Below, piece by piece: positions 17,048 through 26,109 of a stretch of DNA of 64,000 bases; positions within the stretch are counted from its first letter, which is position 1; the number at the start of each line of letters is the position of its first letter. Source of the DNA: an uncultured Chloroflexia bacterium (GTDB lineage Bacteria > Chloroflexota > Anaerolineae > Anaerolineales > Anaerolineaceae); assembly GCA_963741885.1 (NCBI GenBank), contig CAVUJS010000009.1, forward strand, positions 54,636 through 118,635. The letters run 5' to 3'. Made by a program: the position numbers and the translations under genes. Under the pieces are notes generated by a model. The model saw only the letters and a program-made list of their open reading frames with translations, was not told the origin of the DNA and made no database searches.

Positions 17048-19765
17048 ATGAATAAAATTACCCTTTCGGCCCGCTTCTACATCCTCAGCACCATCCTTGC
17101 CGGATCCTTCTTCCTGGGCGAACGTATTTGGAATGCGAATGAAATCGATCACTGGCTGTTCACCCTGGTTCTGACCCTGCTTGGCGCGCTTTCGCTGCGC
17201 TTCGAGGTGGATGGTGCGACCAACCATACCCATTACAACATCAGCTTCCTGGTTTACGGGTTTACTCTGGTGCTGCTGGGCGCGCCGCAGGCCATCCTGG
17301 TGGTGCTGTTCTCGCACCTGGTTGAGCTGACCTGGCGCAAGGTCGCCTGGTTTATTCAGGCTTTCAATCTGATGTCGTTCATCATTATCATCACGGCCGT
17401 GGACCAGATGTACGGCCTGTTCAACCCGACCCGCCAGGTGAGCACCTGGCAGAACGCATTCAGCATGTTCCTCGCCATGGCCCTGTTCACCGGGCTCAAT
17501 CACCTGATGGTGGGTGTGTATGTCTGGCTGGCCCACGGCGAGACCTTTTCCAAGTCTGGCATTTTTTCCTTCTACCCCTTATTGATGGACTGCGTGCTGT
17601 TGAGCATGGGCGCGGGCGCGGCGGTGCTGTGGGTTTTCAATCCCGCCGCGACCTTCCTGGTGCTGCTGCCCCTGTTCCTGGTTTATAAAACCCTGCGCGT
17701 GCCCGCCCTGGAACGCCAGACGGAAACCGACCAGAAAACCGGGGTGTATAACCATCAGTTCTTTGAAACCAGCTTGCAAAATGAACTGCGCCGCGCGGAG
17801 CGCTTCAACCGACCTTTGACGATCGTCATGGCTGATTTGGACCTGCTGCGCAACATCAATAATACTTACGGTCACCTGGCGGGGGATGAGGTGCTGATCG
17901 GCGTGGCGCGCATCCTGCGTGAGAACGTGCGCGAGTATGATATTGTCTCTCGCTTTGGCGGTGAAGAATTCGCCATCTTGCTGCCCGAGACCACGCCCGA
18001 ACAGGCTTACCCGGTGGTCGAGCGCATCCGCGGCGCGATTGCAAAAGCCCAGTTCAACGTGCCCACCAGTCTCACCTCGATTGGCGCGACGATGAGCTTT
18101 GGCATCGCCGGGCGCGAGCCGGGCCTGAGCGGCAAGGAGATCATTCATAACGCGGACATGGCCTTATATCAAGCGAAATTGAAAGGCCGCAACCGGGCCT
18201 TCATCTTCAGCCGGGAGGGTTCAGACTGCCTTTTTTTGACCGCTCCGGAAACAGCGGAGCCCCTCCTCACCCCTGAACAAATTGGATCGTATACCTCATC
18301 CGTGGAACTGCCCGGGTTCACCGCAAATCCTGCTCAAAGCGCGCCGCCAACCGGCCAACCGCACCCTCACCTGCATGACACGGCCTGGACCCAAATTTAT
18401 ATCAGCTGTCTGGCTGGCTGTGCCTTAGGGCTCTTCTGGCTTACGCTGCCGCTGAACCAGCCCGTGGATTGGCTGGGGGTGGCGCTGTTTGCCTTGCTGG
18501 TGCTGGCGGTGGAATGGTCCGCGGTGGATATTTATGCCCGGAACAGTTCGGTATCTTCCTCGGCTGTGCCGCTGATTGCCGGAGTGCTGCTGTTTGGCCC
18601 GGCGGGCGTGATGGGCTTGAGCCTGGCGGTCGCGACCGCGGCCTTGATCAAACACAAAGGCCCCTTCAGCCGCTTTATCTTCAACACCAGTTCCCACCTG
18701 GCCGCCGGGGCGGTTTGCCTGCTGCTGCTGGAACCGGCTGGGCTGCTGTATGCCGCGCAGCCGCCCGCGCTGCAAGCCCTGGTCAGCGTGGTCAGCGCGC
18801 TGCTCATCTTCCTGGTGACCAGCCTGAATGTGGCGGTGGGCATGCACCTGAACCTGGCTACGCCGCTGCAAACGTTGTGGAAAGAACAGTTTTCCTGGCT
18901 GGCCCCCTATTACCTGGGCATGGGCCTGATCGCCTTTGTTCTGGGCTACAGCTATCAAGTTTCGGGGTGGTTGGGTGCGGCGGTGATCCTGGTGCCGCTG
19001 GTACTGCTGCGCATGGGCCAGAAGCAGTTTATCGACCGTACCAGCGCTGTGGTGAGCGAGCTGCGCCTGAAGAGCCGGCTGCTCGAGACGCATAACGGCG
19101 AGATCAAGCACATCAATGACAATCTGCTGGATATGCTGGCGGAAGTGATCGACCTGCGCGATCCCTATGTGATGGGGCATTCGCGCCAGGTCACTTACTA
19201 CGCGCTGCTGATCGCCCGCCAGATGGGGCTTGCTGGCCCGCAGCTGGAACTGCTGCGCAAAGCCAGCCTGATGCACGACGTGGGCAAGCTCGGCATCCAC
19301 GAGACGGTCTTGAGCAAGCCGACCAGCCTGACACCCCAGGAATTTGAGCAAGTGAAACGGCATGTCACGGTGGGCGCGAACCTGCTGCAAAAGTGTGAAG
19401 CGCTGCAGCCGTTGGTCCCCATCGTGCTGCATCATCACGAAGCTTACGATGGCACGGGCTACCCGGAAGGCTTGATGGGCGACGCGATCCCCTTAGAGGC
19501 GCGCATCATAGGCCTGGCAAATGCCATCGATGCGCTGGCCTGCGACCGGCCTTACCGCCGGGGCTGGGCCTTCGAAGCCATCCTGGAAGAAGTGCAGCGC
19601 TGTTCTGGCGCGCAGTTTGACCCGCAGGTGGTGAATGCCTTCCTGCAGGTGGCGGAAATAAAGGGCAGCGCCATACTGATTGGCAGCATCCCCGGCGAGT
19701 ACGTCAGCATCGACGAAAGCAACCTGCGCACCTTCCAGCCGGTGGTAATGCTGCACTATCAATAA
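17048..19765 (+). CDS. Bifunctional c-di-GMP protein: TM module - GGDEF - second TM module - HD-GYP
   Basis: RFGGEEFAILL (intact GGEEF). The C-terminus has HDVGK and HHHEAYDGTGYP (HD-GYP). About 6 TM helices precede GGDEF and about 7-8 sit between the two catalytic domains. An alternative GTG start is at 17036. Confidence 0.88.
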   Translation: MNKITLSARFYILSTILAGSFFLGERIWNANEIDHWLFTLVLTLLGALSLRFEVDGATNHTHYNISFLVYGFTLVLLGAPQAILVVLFSHLVELTWRKVAWFIQAFNLMSFIIIITAVDQMYGLFNPTRQVSTWQNAFSMFLAMALFTGLNHLMVGVYVWLAHGETFSKSGIFSFYPLLMDCVLLSMGAGAAVLWVFNPAATFLVLLPLFLVYKTLRVPALERQTETDQKTGVYNHQFFETSLQNELRRAERFNRPLTIVMADLDLLRNINNTYGHLAGDEVLIGVARILRENVREYDIVSRFGGEEFAILLPETTPEQAYPVVERIRGAIAKAQFNVPTSLTSIGATMSFGIAGREPGLSGKEIIHNADMALYQAKLKGRNRAFIFSREGSDCLFLTAPETAEPLLTPEQIGSYTSSVELPGFTANPAQSAPPTGQPHPHLHDTAWTQIYISCLAGCALGLFWLTLPLNQPVDWLGVALFALLVLAVEWSAVDIYARNSSVSSSAVPLIAGVLLFGPAGVMGLSLAVATAALIKHKGPFSRFIFNTSSHLAAGAVCLLLLEPAGLLYAAQPPALQALVSVVSALLIFLVTSLNVAVGMHLNLATPLQTLWKEQFSWLAPYYLGMGLIAFVLGYSYQVSGWLGAAVILVPLVLLRMGQKQFIDRTSAVVSELRLKSRLLETHNGEIKHINDNLLDMLAEVIDLRDPYVMGHSRQVTYYALLIARQMGLAGPQLELLRKASLMHDVGKLGIHETVLSKPTSLTPQEFEQVKRHVTVGANLLQKCEALQPLVPIVLHHHEAYDGTGYPEGLMGDAIPLEARIIGLANAIDALACDRPYRRGWAFEAILEEVQRCSGAQFDPQVVNAFLQVAEIKGSAILIGSIPGEYVSIDESNLRTFQPVVMLHYQ

Positions 19766-19803
19766 GCGCGTGAAAATGAATGAACGTAAATCTGGACTAA
19801 CCC

Positions 19804-19896
19804 CCGCCCGGCGCTCAAGCGACCGGGCTAGCTGGAAAACGCCGCTTGAAAGCGGCTTTTAAAGCCGGGTTCACCCGGCGCTTGAGCGCCGGGCGG
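19804..19896. repeat. Cloverleaf-like structured repeat (family B), copy 3
   Basis: The 18-bp closing stem CCGCCCGGCGCTCAAGCG / GCTTGAGCGCCGGGCGG encloses GCCGCTTGAAAGCGGC and GCCGGGTTCACCCGGC hairpins. Confidence 0.8.
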
Positions 19897-19935
19897 CAGG
19901 TGGGTTACACCGAACTGATTTATCCCGAACAGCTA

Positions 19936-21441
19936 TTAAATTGAATAGACTTCCCCGTACTTCTTACGCAGATAGCGCATCAGGGGTTGTACATCCAGGC
20001 CGCCGCCGGTGACGCGCTGAATCAGCTCGCTGGGCGTGTACTTGGACCCGGACTGGTAGATGTTCTGCTTCAGCCAGCGGTGCAGGATGTCGAAGCGGCC
20101 CTGGCTGATCTCCATGGGGATTTCCGGGTGCGCCTGGAGCGCCTTTTCATAGAACATGGCGGAAAGGATGTTACCCAGGGTGTAGCCCTGGAATACCCCC
20201 CCGATGGGTCCGCCGAACCAGTGCACATCTTGCAGCACGCCGTTGCGCGGCTCATCTGGGGTGACGCCCAGGTCTTGCGCGTAGCGAGCATTCCAGGCTT
20301 CGGGCAGGTCTTTCACCGCCAGGCGGCCTTCCAGCAGGGCCAGTTCCAGGTCAAAGCGGATCATGGGATGCAGGTTGTAGGTGACCTCGTCGGCATCCGT
20401 GCGGATGAGCGAGGGCTGCACTTTGTTGACCGCGCGGTAGAAGGTCTCCAGGTCGACTTTGTGGAGCTGGTCTGGGAAGAGCTCTTTCAACTGCGGGAAG
20501 TAGAACTGCCAGAATTCGCGGCTGCGCCCGACGATGTTCTCCCAGGTGCGCGACTGGCTCTCATGTACGCCCGCGCTAACGCCGCCTTGCAGCGGCGTGC
20601 CTTCGTAGGCCGGGTTGCAGCCCAACTCATACAGGGCGTGCCCGGCTTCGTGGAAGACGCTGAACAGGCAGTCGCCCAGGTCGTGTTCCTGAACCCGGGT
20701 GGTGATGCGCACATCATCGATGGCAAAGGTGGTGGTGAAGGGGTGGTGCGTCAGGTCGAGCCGCCCGCGCTCGAAATCATAGCCAAAATCGGCGGCCACT
20801 TTTTCACTGAACGACAGCTGATCTTCTTTCGGGTAGAAGGCGTGCAGGCTGGCGTCAGCCACCTGCGGCTGCTCTTTGATCTTCTGGATCAGCGGCACCA
20901 GCTCCGCGCGCAGCGCGCTAAAGACGCGCTGCACGTCGGCAGCCTTCATGCCGTAATCGGCAAAGTCGATTAATGGATCGGCGATGTGATCGTAGCCGGG
21001 AAAGAAGTTCGCCAGGCGGCGCGAGTAATCGAGCGTGCGCTCGAGCAGCGGCTGGACGCGCTTATAATCATTCTCCGGGCGCGCTGCGATCCACGCCTGA
21101 TAGATATTGGCAGTATGCTCGGCGAACTCGGCGGCGAAGGCTGGCGGCACGCGCACCTGGCGTTCGTACTCCCGCCGCGCCGCGCGGATCAAGGCGGCCT
21201 CGTCGCTGTCATATGGCAGGCCCTCGGCAGCGGGTTCTAATTCGTCCAGCAGCCGCCCAATCGCCGGGTCGGTGGCTTTTTCCTGCGCCAGGCCCGCCAG
21301 CAGCGCCATCTGCCGCCCGCGGGCAGCCGCGCCGAGTGGGGGCATGTAGGTGGACTGATCCCAGGAGAGAACGGCCTGCGCTGCGCCCAGGTCATGGGCT
21401 TCGCGGGTCAAACGCTTGAGTTCATCGAGTTTGCTTTGCAT
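19936..21441 (-). CDS. Carboxypeptidase Taq-type metallopeptidase (family M32)
   Basis: HEAGHALYE zinc site, HESQSRTWEN, GGPIGGVFQGYTLGN, and the conserved N-terminus LSWDQSTYMPP. Confidence 0.92.
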   Translation of the reverse strand: MQSKLDELKRLTREAHDLGAAQAVLSWDQSTYMPPLGAAARGRQMALLAGLAQEKATDPAIGRLLDELEPAAEGLPYDSDEAALIRAARREYERQVRVPPAFAAEFAEHTANIYQAWIAARPENDYKRVQPLLERTLDYSRRLANFFPGYDHIADPLIDFADYGMKAADVQRVFSALRAELVPLIQKIKEQPQVADASLHAFYPKEDQLSFSEKVAADFGYDFERGRLDLTHHPFTTTFAIDDVRITTRVQEHDLGDCLFSVFHEAGHALYELGCNPAYEGTPLQGGVSAGVHESQSRTWENIVGRSREFWQFYFPQLKELFPDQLHKVDLETFYRAVNKVQPSLIRTDADEVTYNLHPMIRFDLELALLEGRLAVKDLPEAWNARYAQDLGVTPDEPRNGVLQDVHWFGGPIGGVFQGYTLGNILSAMFYEKALQAHPEIPMEISQGRFDILHRWLKQNIYQSGSKYTPSELIQRVTGGGLDVQPLMRYLRKKYGEVYSI

Positions 21442-21464
21442 GGTTGACCTCGTTGGTAGGCGCG

Positions 21465-22955
21465 TTACTCGCGCGCCATTTCGACTTTAACGGCACTGCT
21501 CTTCTTTGGCCGGTTGGCTTCGACCAGACCGGAAAAACCCACGAACCCGTAACTGAGCATCCCCAGCACGGTCAGCGGGATCAGCTCTGCGGCCTGGCGG
21601 ATGGCCAGGCTGAGGCCGATGGCGCAGTAAATGGATAAGCCAATCTCGGCCCACACGCTGATGGGGACGACCGGCGCGGCGTTGGATGTTTTGTCCGCCC
21701 CGGCCCGGTCGCTCTTGGGGGTGACGTTCCAGACCATCTTCTTCCCGGCAAACACGCGCGCGATGGCGACGCTGTTCGAAACCGTCAGGCCAATCGCCAA
21801 CAGCACCAGGATCGGCAGGTGCAGCAGGCGGCCGAGCATGCGCCGGAAACCGTCGCGGTAGCCGAAGATTTGCGACACGGCGAATAACAGCGTCGGCCCG
21901 GCGGAAGCCAGCGAGATGATGCTCAGCGAGTGCGGCTGGGCGGGATGCAGAACTGCCAGCGGCACGGAGATCAGGAACATCAACAGCGCCACCGGCTGGG
22001 CCAGGTTGGTCGCCAGGTGGAATGTGCCTGCCAGGCGCTGCACCAGGCTGACCTGCGGCGAGGTCCACAGCCGGGGGAGGATCTTGCGTAAGACCTGGAT
22101 GTGTCCAAACACCCAGCGGTTCTGCTGTTTCTTAAAGACCAACAGCGACGGCGGCAGCTGCCCAGGCACAATCAGGTCTGGCAGGAAGGCCATTTTCCAG
22201 CCCTTCATTTGCACGCGGTACGACAGGTCCACGTCTTCGGCCAGGTTATCCCACTGCCAGCCCCCGCCATCGCGGATGCAGCCGGCGCGCCAGACGCCGC
22301 CGGTGCCGTTGAAGTTGAGGAACAGGTTCGAGCGGCTGCGCGCCACCTGTTCCACCACCTGATGCCCGTCCAGCAGCAGGGCCTGGGTGCGGGTGAGCAG
22401 GTTGGCATCCCGATTCAGGTGGCCCCAGCGCGCCTGTACCATGCCTACTTCGGGATGATCGTAAAAATAGGGCACCGTGCGGCGCAGAAAATCGGCCGGG
22501 GGCAGGAAATCGGCGTCAAACACGGCGATAAACTCGGCGTTGGTCCGTTCGAGGCCTTCCTTGAGCGCGCTGGCTTTGTAACCATCGCGTTTGGTGCGGT
22601 GCAATAGTTCCATGCGGTAGCCGAGCGAGCAGTAATACTCCACGCGCTGGCGGGCCATTTCGGTAGTCTGGTCGGTCGAATCATCCAAGATCTGGATGAT
22701 CAGCCGCTCTTTGGGGTAATCCAGGGTGAGCACTTTGTCGATCATGCGCTCGGCGACCGCCTGTTCGTTATACAGCGGCAGCTGCACGGTCACCAGCGGC
22801 CATTCCTCGGGCACATGCGGGGAAAGGTTTGGCTTGCGAAAGTGCAGCAGATACAACACGGTAATCACAATCCCGTGCAATCCATAAATGGAGATGATGA
22901 TTACTAAGCCAATATATAAATCATTCAGCAACTTTGCCCAATTCATAGGGGCCAA
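21465..22955 (-). CDS. Processive family-2 glycosyltransferase (cellulose-synthase-like / glucosyl-diacylglycerol synthase-like)
   Basis: ILDDSTD, VFDADF (DxD), QQNRWVFG (QxxRW), with N- and C-terminal TM helices. Start is TTG 22955 or ATG 22946. Confidence 0.88.
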   Translation of the reverse strand: MAPMNWAKLLNDLYIGLVIIISIYGLHGIVITVLYLLHFRKPNLSPHVPEEWPLVTVQLPLYNEQAVAERMIDKVLTLDYPKERLIIQILDDSTDQTTEMARQRVEYYCSLGYRMELLHRTKRDGYKASALKEGLERTNAEFIAVFDADFLPPADFLRRTVPYFYDHPEVGMVQARWGHLNRDANLLTRTQALLLDGHQVVEQVARSRSNLFLNFNGTGGVWRAGCIRDGGGWQWDNLAEDVDLSYRVQMKGWKMAFLPDLIVPGQLPPSLLVFKKQQNRWVFGHIQVLRKILPRLWTSPQVSLVQRLAGTFHLATNLAQPVALLMFLISVPLAVLHPAQPHSLSIISLASAGPTLLFAVSQIFGYRDGFRRMLGRLLHLPILVLLAIGLTVSNSVAIARVFAGKKMVWNVTPKSDRAGADKTSNAAPVVPISVWAEIGLSIYCAIGLSLAIRQAAELIPLTVLGMLSYGFVGFSGLVEANRPKKSSAVKVEMARE

Positions 22956-23073
22956 TCATCCTCTTGGTCAGCAAGATAACTGCAACGAAAAACATTCCAA
23001 TCATTCGCCACAACTTTTCTCCCACACTTCCTGCCAGTTCTTATTTTAAACCCTCTTGACCTTTCTTGCACGT

Positions 23074-24198
23074 TCAAGATTTGGGGGGAATGCCGGGCTG
23101 GAGGGCTGACCTACCGTCCGAACCGGCGTGATTTTCCTGAATCAGCTGGCGCAGCGCGTTGATTTCGCCCCGCAGGGCCTGGACTTCGCCCGTCAGGGCC
23201 AGGATGGTGCGCGCGGTTGCCATTTCGCGGGTCTGGATCATGCCGGCTGGGTTAGCTGGCAATTGGCGAGCGCTGGCTGGGGCTTTCACCGGGGCAGGCG
23301 GTGCGCCTTGCTGCGTCAGCTGCCCGGGTGCCGCGGCAGGTGGAGCTTCTGCGGCTGGTTCACCTGCCGCGGCTGTTTCACTTGCCGGGGCAGCTTCACT
23401 TGCAGCCGCGATTTCACCTGCTGCGGCAGTTTCGCTTGCCGCCGCTTGCGCTGAAGCCTCCTCGACCACTGCTTCACTCTCGCGCCCGATAAAAAAGGTG
23501 GCCAGGGTGGCGGTGACATAGCCAAATACGCCAAAGGAGTACAGCGCCAGCAGCAGGGTGAGCAAGCGCCCGGCCCCGGTCTGCGGCCAGTAATCCGAGC
23601 CCATGGTGGTCATAATCATCGCCGTCCACCACAGGGCTTCGCCATACGAGTTGATACCGCTTTGCGTGGTGGGGGTGACGCCGGGCCGGTTGGGGGTGCC
23701 TTCGAAGGCATAGATCCCGGCGGAACCGACCAGCAGCACGATCAGGGTGAGCAGCAGCACGTAGCGAAAACCACGCCGGTGCAGCGTGCCGCGTAGGGCG
23801 CGCATGCCCCGGTTGGCCGTGCCCACAATGCTGACCAGGCTGGTGCCTGGCGCGGCGGCCAGCACCTGCGCGATGCGCACAATCCGAAAAACGCGCAGCG
23901 CCGGGACGGCCAGCGAGAGCGCGGTCAGCCAGTTGGATTTGAGATATTCGATTTTCTTGGGCGCGAGAATGAAACGCAGGCCGAAATCTACTACGAAGAT
24001 GCCCCAGATTAAGTACACCAGGGTGTTGAGGAATGGGGACAGGCCGTGCACCAGGTCGATGACCAGGAGGATGAGCCAGATAAACCCGAGAATAATGACG
24101 GGTGTTTCCAGCCATTCCTCAACTTCCGCGAGCATATCATAGCGTTCTTGTTCAATATCTGCATCCGCCACCAATGGGCGGTTGGGCTGATTTGCCAT
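23074..24198 (-). CDS. 6-TM voltage-gated-like ion channel with degenerate K-channel filter and repetitive acidic tail
   Basis: S4-like LRVFRIVRIAQVL. Pore WWTAMIMTTMGSDYWP instead of TVGYGD. Five 18-nt tandem repeats (~23350-23445) encode xAAA(S/G)E hexapeptides. C-terminal coiled coil LTGEVQALRGEINALRQLI. Confidence 0.8.
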   Translation of the reverse strand: MANQPNRPLVADADIEQERYDMLAEVEEWLETPVIILGFIWLILLVIDLVHGLSPFLNTLVYLIWGIFVVDFGLRFILAPKKIEYLKSNWLTALSLAVPALRVFRIVRIAQVLAAAPGTSLVSIVGTANRGMRALRGTLHRRGFRYVLLLTLIVLLVGSAGIYAFEGTPNRPGVTPTTQSGINSYGEALWWTAMIMTTMGSDYWPQTGAGRLLTLLLALYSFGVFGYVTATLATFFIGRESEAVVEEASAQAAASETAAAGEIAAASEAAPASETAAAGEPAAEAPPAAAPGQLTQQGAPPAPVKAPASARQLPANPAGMIQTREMATARTILALTGEVQALRGEINALRQLIQENHAGSDGRSALQPGIPPKS

Positions 24199-24363
24199 GC
24201 CAATCCTTACCTTGCCTTACGATCCGAAACGAATAAATGCCAATCCGCGCAGGTAAGGGCTGCGCGGTGGGTTGGGACGTCTCAGTATACCTGAAATGGA
24301 AGCCAAGAAAAATGGGAGTTTCCCCCTCAACTGCATGGGATATAATGGGGGTACGCATAGGTA

Positions 24364-24605
24364 TGAACCCACCAACAGGGACCTTATTCCTGGTGTTCGG
24401 TGCGCTGTTGGGCGCGTTTGGCACCGCCTGGGGCCTTTATTTTTGGGATAAATCCATCCGCACCGGCATCCCGGCCTCGACCGGCACGGTGATGGTGGCA
24501 GTGCTGCCGGTGATCCTGGGCTTTCAACTGCTGCTGCAAGCGCTGGCCTATGACATCCAGAAAGTGCCTAAAACCGGGCTGCTGCGGCGCAAACGGATCG
24601 AATAA
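24364..24605 (+). CDS. Small 2-TM membrane protein, unknown function (start uncertain)
   Basis: Only the C-terminal 80 aa of track ORF 24237..24605 look protein-like (two hydrophobic helices, basic tail). TATAAT at 24340-24345. Followed by a strong terminator. Confidence 0.4.
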
Positions 24606-24610
24606 AAAAA

Positions 24611-24660
24611 GAGGTCCCGCACAGGCAGAGGTCCTCCGCTCATGCGGAGGACCTCTTTTT
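24611..24660. terminator. Bidirectional intrinsic terminator
   Basis: AGAGGTCCTCCGC-TCAT-GCGGAGGACCTCT with a T-run downstream and an A-run upstream, between convergent small genes. Confidence 0.8.
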
Positions 24661-24664
24661 CAGC

Positions 24665-24946
24665 CTAATGATCGTCGTCGCCGTAAATTTGGGCGCCGCC
24701 CGAGGGTGCTTCCGAGGGGGGCAGGTCATTCTCGCGGGGCGCGCCGGTGGTCGGTACGCCGCCAAAGCCGCCCGGGTTCTCGTTGCTCAGGTAATCGCTG
24801 CGCGGGCCTTCCGCGTTATGATTTATTGGGGTCGCCTTGGGGCGGGTAAAAGCCCGGAATAAAATAGCGACCACCGCCACCAGGATGATCGCGCCGATGC
24901 AGGCCAGCAGGCCAATGCCGCCGACTAAACTGTTTATATTTGTCAT
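24665..24946 (-). CDS. Small single-pass membrane protein with Pro/Gly-rich acidic tail
   Basis: ATG 24946 is preceded by AAGGAAGGAAAGGGA. One TM helix (LVGGIGLLACIGAIILVAVVAILF). Confidence 0.55.
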   Translation of the reverse strand: MTNINSLVGGIGLLACIGAIILVAVVAILFRAFTRPKATPINHNAEGPRSDYLSNENPGGFGGVPTTGAPRENDLPPSEAPSGGAQIYGDDDH

Positions 24947-25161
24947 TCCCTTTCCTTCCTTTTCCATCGTCCCGCGAACAGGACGGAGCTGTTTTATCCC
25001 CCTGGAAAAGCCGGCCCGGTTATTTTTTAACCAAACCGACCAACTTTATTAACAATATTATCCAACCGCAGCCGGTGAGTCAATCGATTCGCCGAAATCT
25101 TGATGAATTGTAAACGTGGGTAGGGGGAGGTTGTGCCAGGCTGCGCAGCCTGGCTCAGCCG

Positions 25162-25923
25162 CTATTGGACTGGTTTGAGCCCGACGAACAAATCGGCGGG
25201 TTCGCTGAACTCGGAATGTTGGTAGGGCAGCGCGCGGGGTTGGAAACCCGCCTGGGCGATCAGGTGCAGCCAGGTGGCGCGGGGGAAAAGGCCGTTGACG
25301 TGGCGGTCGTAGACACAGCGCACCGCCTGAGCGCCTTCGCGCAGCAGGAAGGTGTAATCAACCAGGTAAGTGCTGTCCTGGGGATCGGGGTCATAGGTCC
25401 ATTCCAGGTAGCGCAGGGCGCGCTTTGGCTGGGGCGGGGTGACGTCCGCGCCATCATGCCCGCCCCAGCTGGATTCAGCGTGGAAGGTCTCGCGCACGCA
25501 GTCCGGCACGAACAGGGCCATGCCGCCCGGGCGCGTATGCGCGAAGGCAGTCTCAAAGGCTTGCAGCAGGTCGGCCTCGCTGGTCAGGTACATGATGGCA
25601 TCGTGGATGAAGACGGCGTCGAAGGTCTGCCCCAGGCGCACATCGCGCATGTCGCCGGGCAGGTGCGGCAGTTCCGGGTTGAGCCGCTGGGAGACCGCCA
25701 GCATGTGCGGCGAGCGGTCGACCAGGGTCACCTGGAAATGCTGTTTGAGAAAAGAGGCGTTATTGCCGCCGCCTGAACCCAACTCCAGCAAGGTGTGCGC
25801 CTCCGGCAGCATTTGCTGGATCGTGCGGGTAAAGATCCCCGCCTCTTCTTCATAATCCGCTGGGCGTGACAGCACCGGCCACCAATCGGCCAGTTCGGTA
25901 TACATCAGGGGTTGCGCTTCCAT
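25162..25923 (-). CDS. Class I SAM-dependent methyltransferase
   Basis: Motif I LLELGSGGGNNASFL and motif post-I VTLVDRS. AGGAG 8 nt before ATG 25923. The track start 25959 is an alternative. Confidence 0.85.
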   Translation of the reverse strand: MEAQPLMYTELADWWPVLSRPADYEEEAGIFTRTIQQMLPEAHTLLELGSGGGNNASFLKQHFQVTLVDRSPHMLAVSQRLNPELPHLPGDMRDVRLGQTFDAVFIHDAIMYLTSEADLLQAFETAFAHTRPGGMALFVPDCVRETFHAESSWGGHDGADVTPPQPKRALRYLEWTYDPDPQDSTYLVDYTFLLREGAQAVRCVYDRHVNGLFPRATWLHLIAQAGFQPRALPYQHSEFSEPADLFVGLKPVQ

Positions 25924-26047
25924 CGGAAAATCTCCTGTTTTTTTCGGTGTTTGCTTCAAGAATACGCTGCTTCTATGGTGAGAGAACGGATAACCATTTG
26001 GATTATGTCATCCATGATAGCGCAAGTCAGCTGTATTTAATAGATGA

Positions 26048-26076
26048 TTGACAAATTCTAAAATTTCGCCATAATT
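26048..26076 (+). promoter_or_regulatory. Sigma70-like promoter candidate for the 26110-31106 operon
   Basis: TTGACA (26048-26053), 17-nt spacer, ATAATT (26071-26076), within a ~150-bp strongly AT-rich divergent intergenic region. Confidence 0.4.
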
Positions 26077-26109
26077 TATAGTATAAATATCTAATTAATG
26101 TCCTGAACG

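Noticed and set aside
16946-19438. Minus-strand ORFs 16946..17536, 17579..18148 and 18425..19438
   Set aside because: They are antisense shadows of the GGDEF/HD-GYP gene. They are His/Gln/Arg-rich with no domain signatures.
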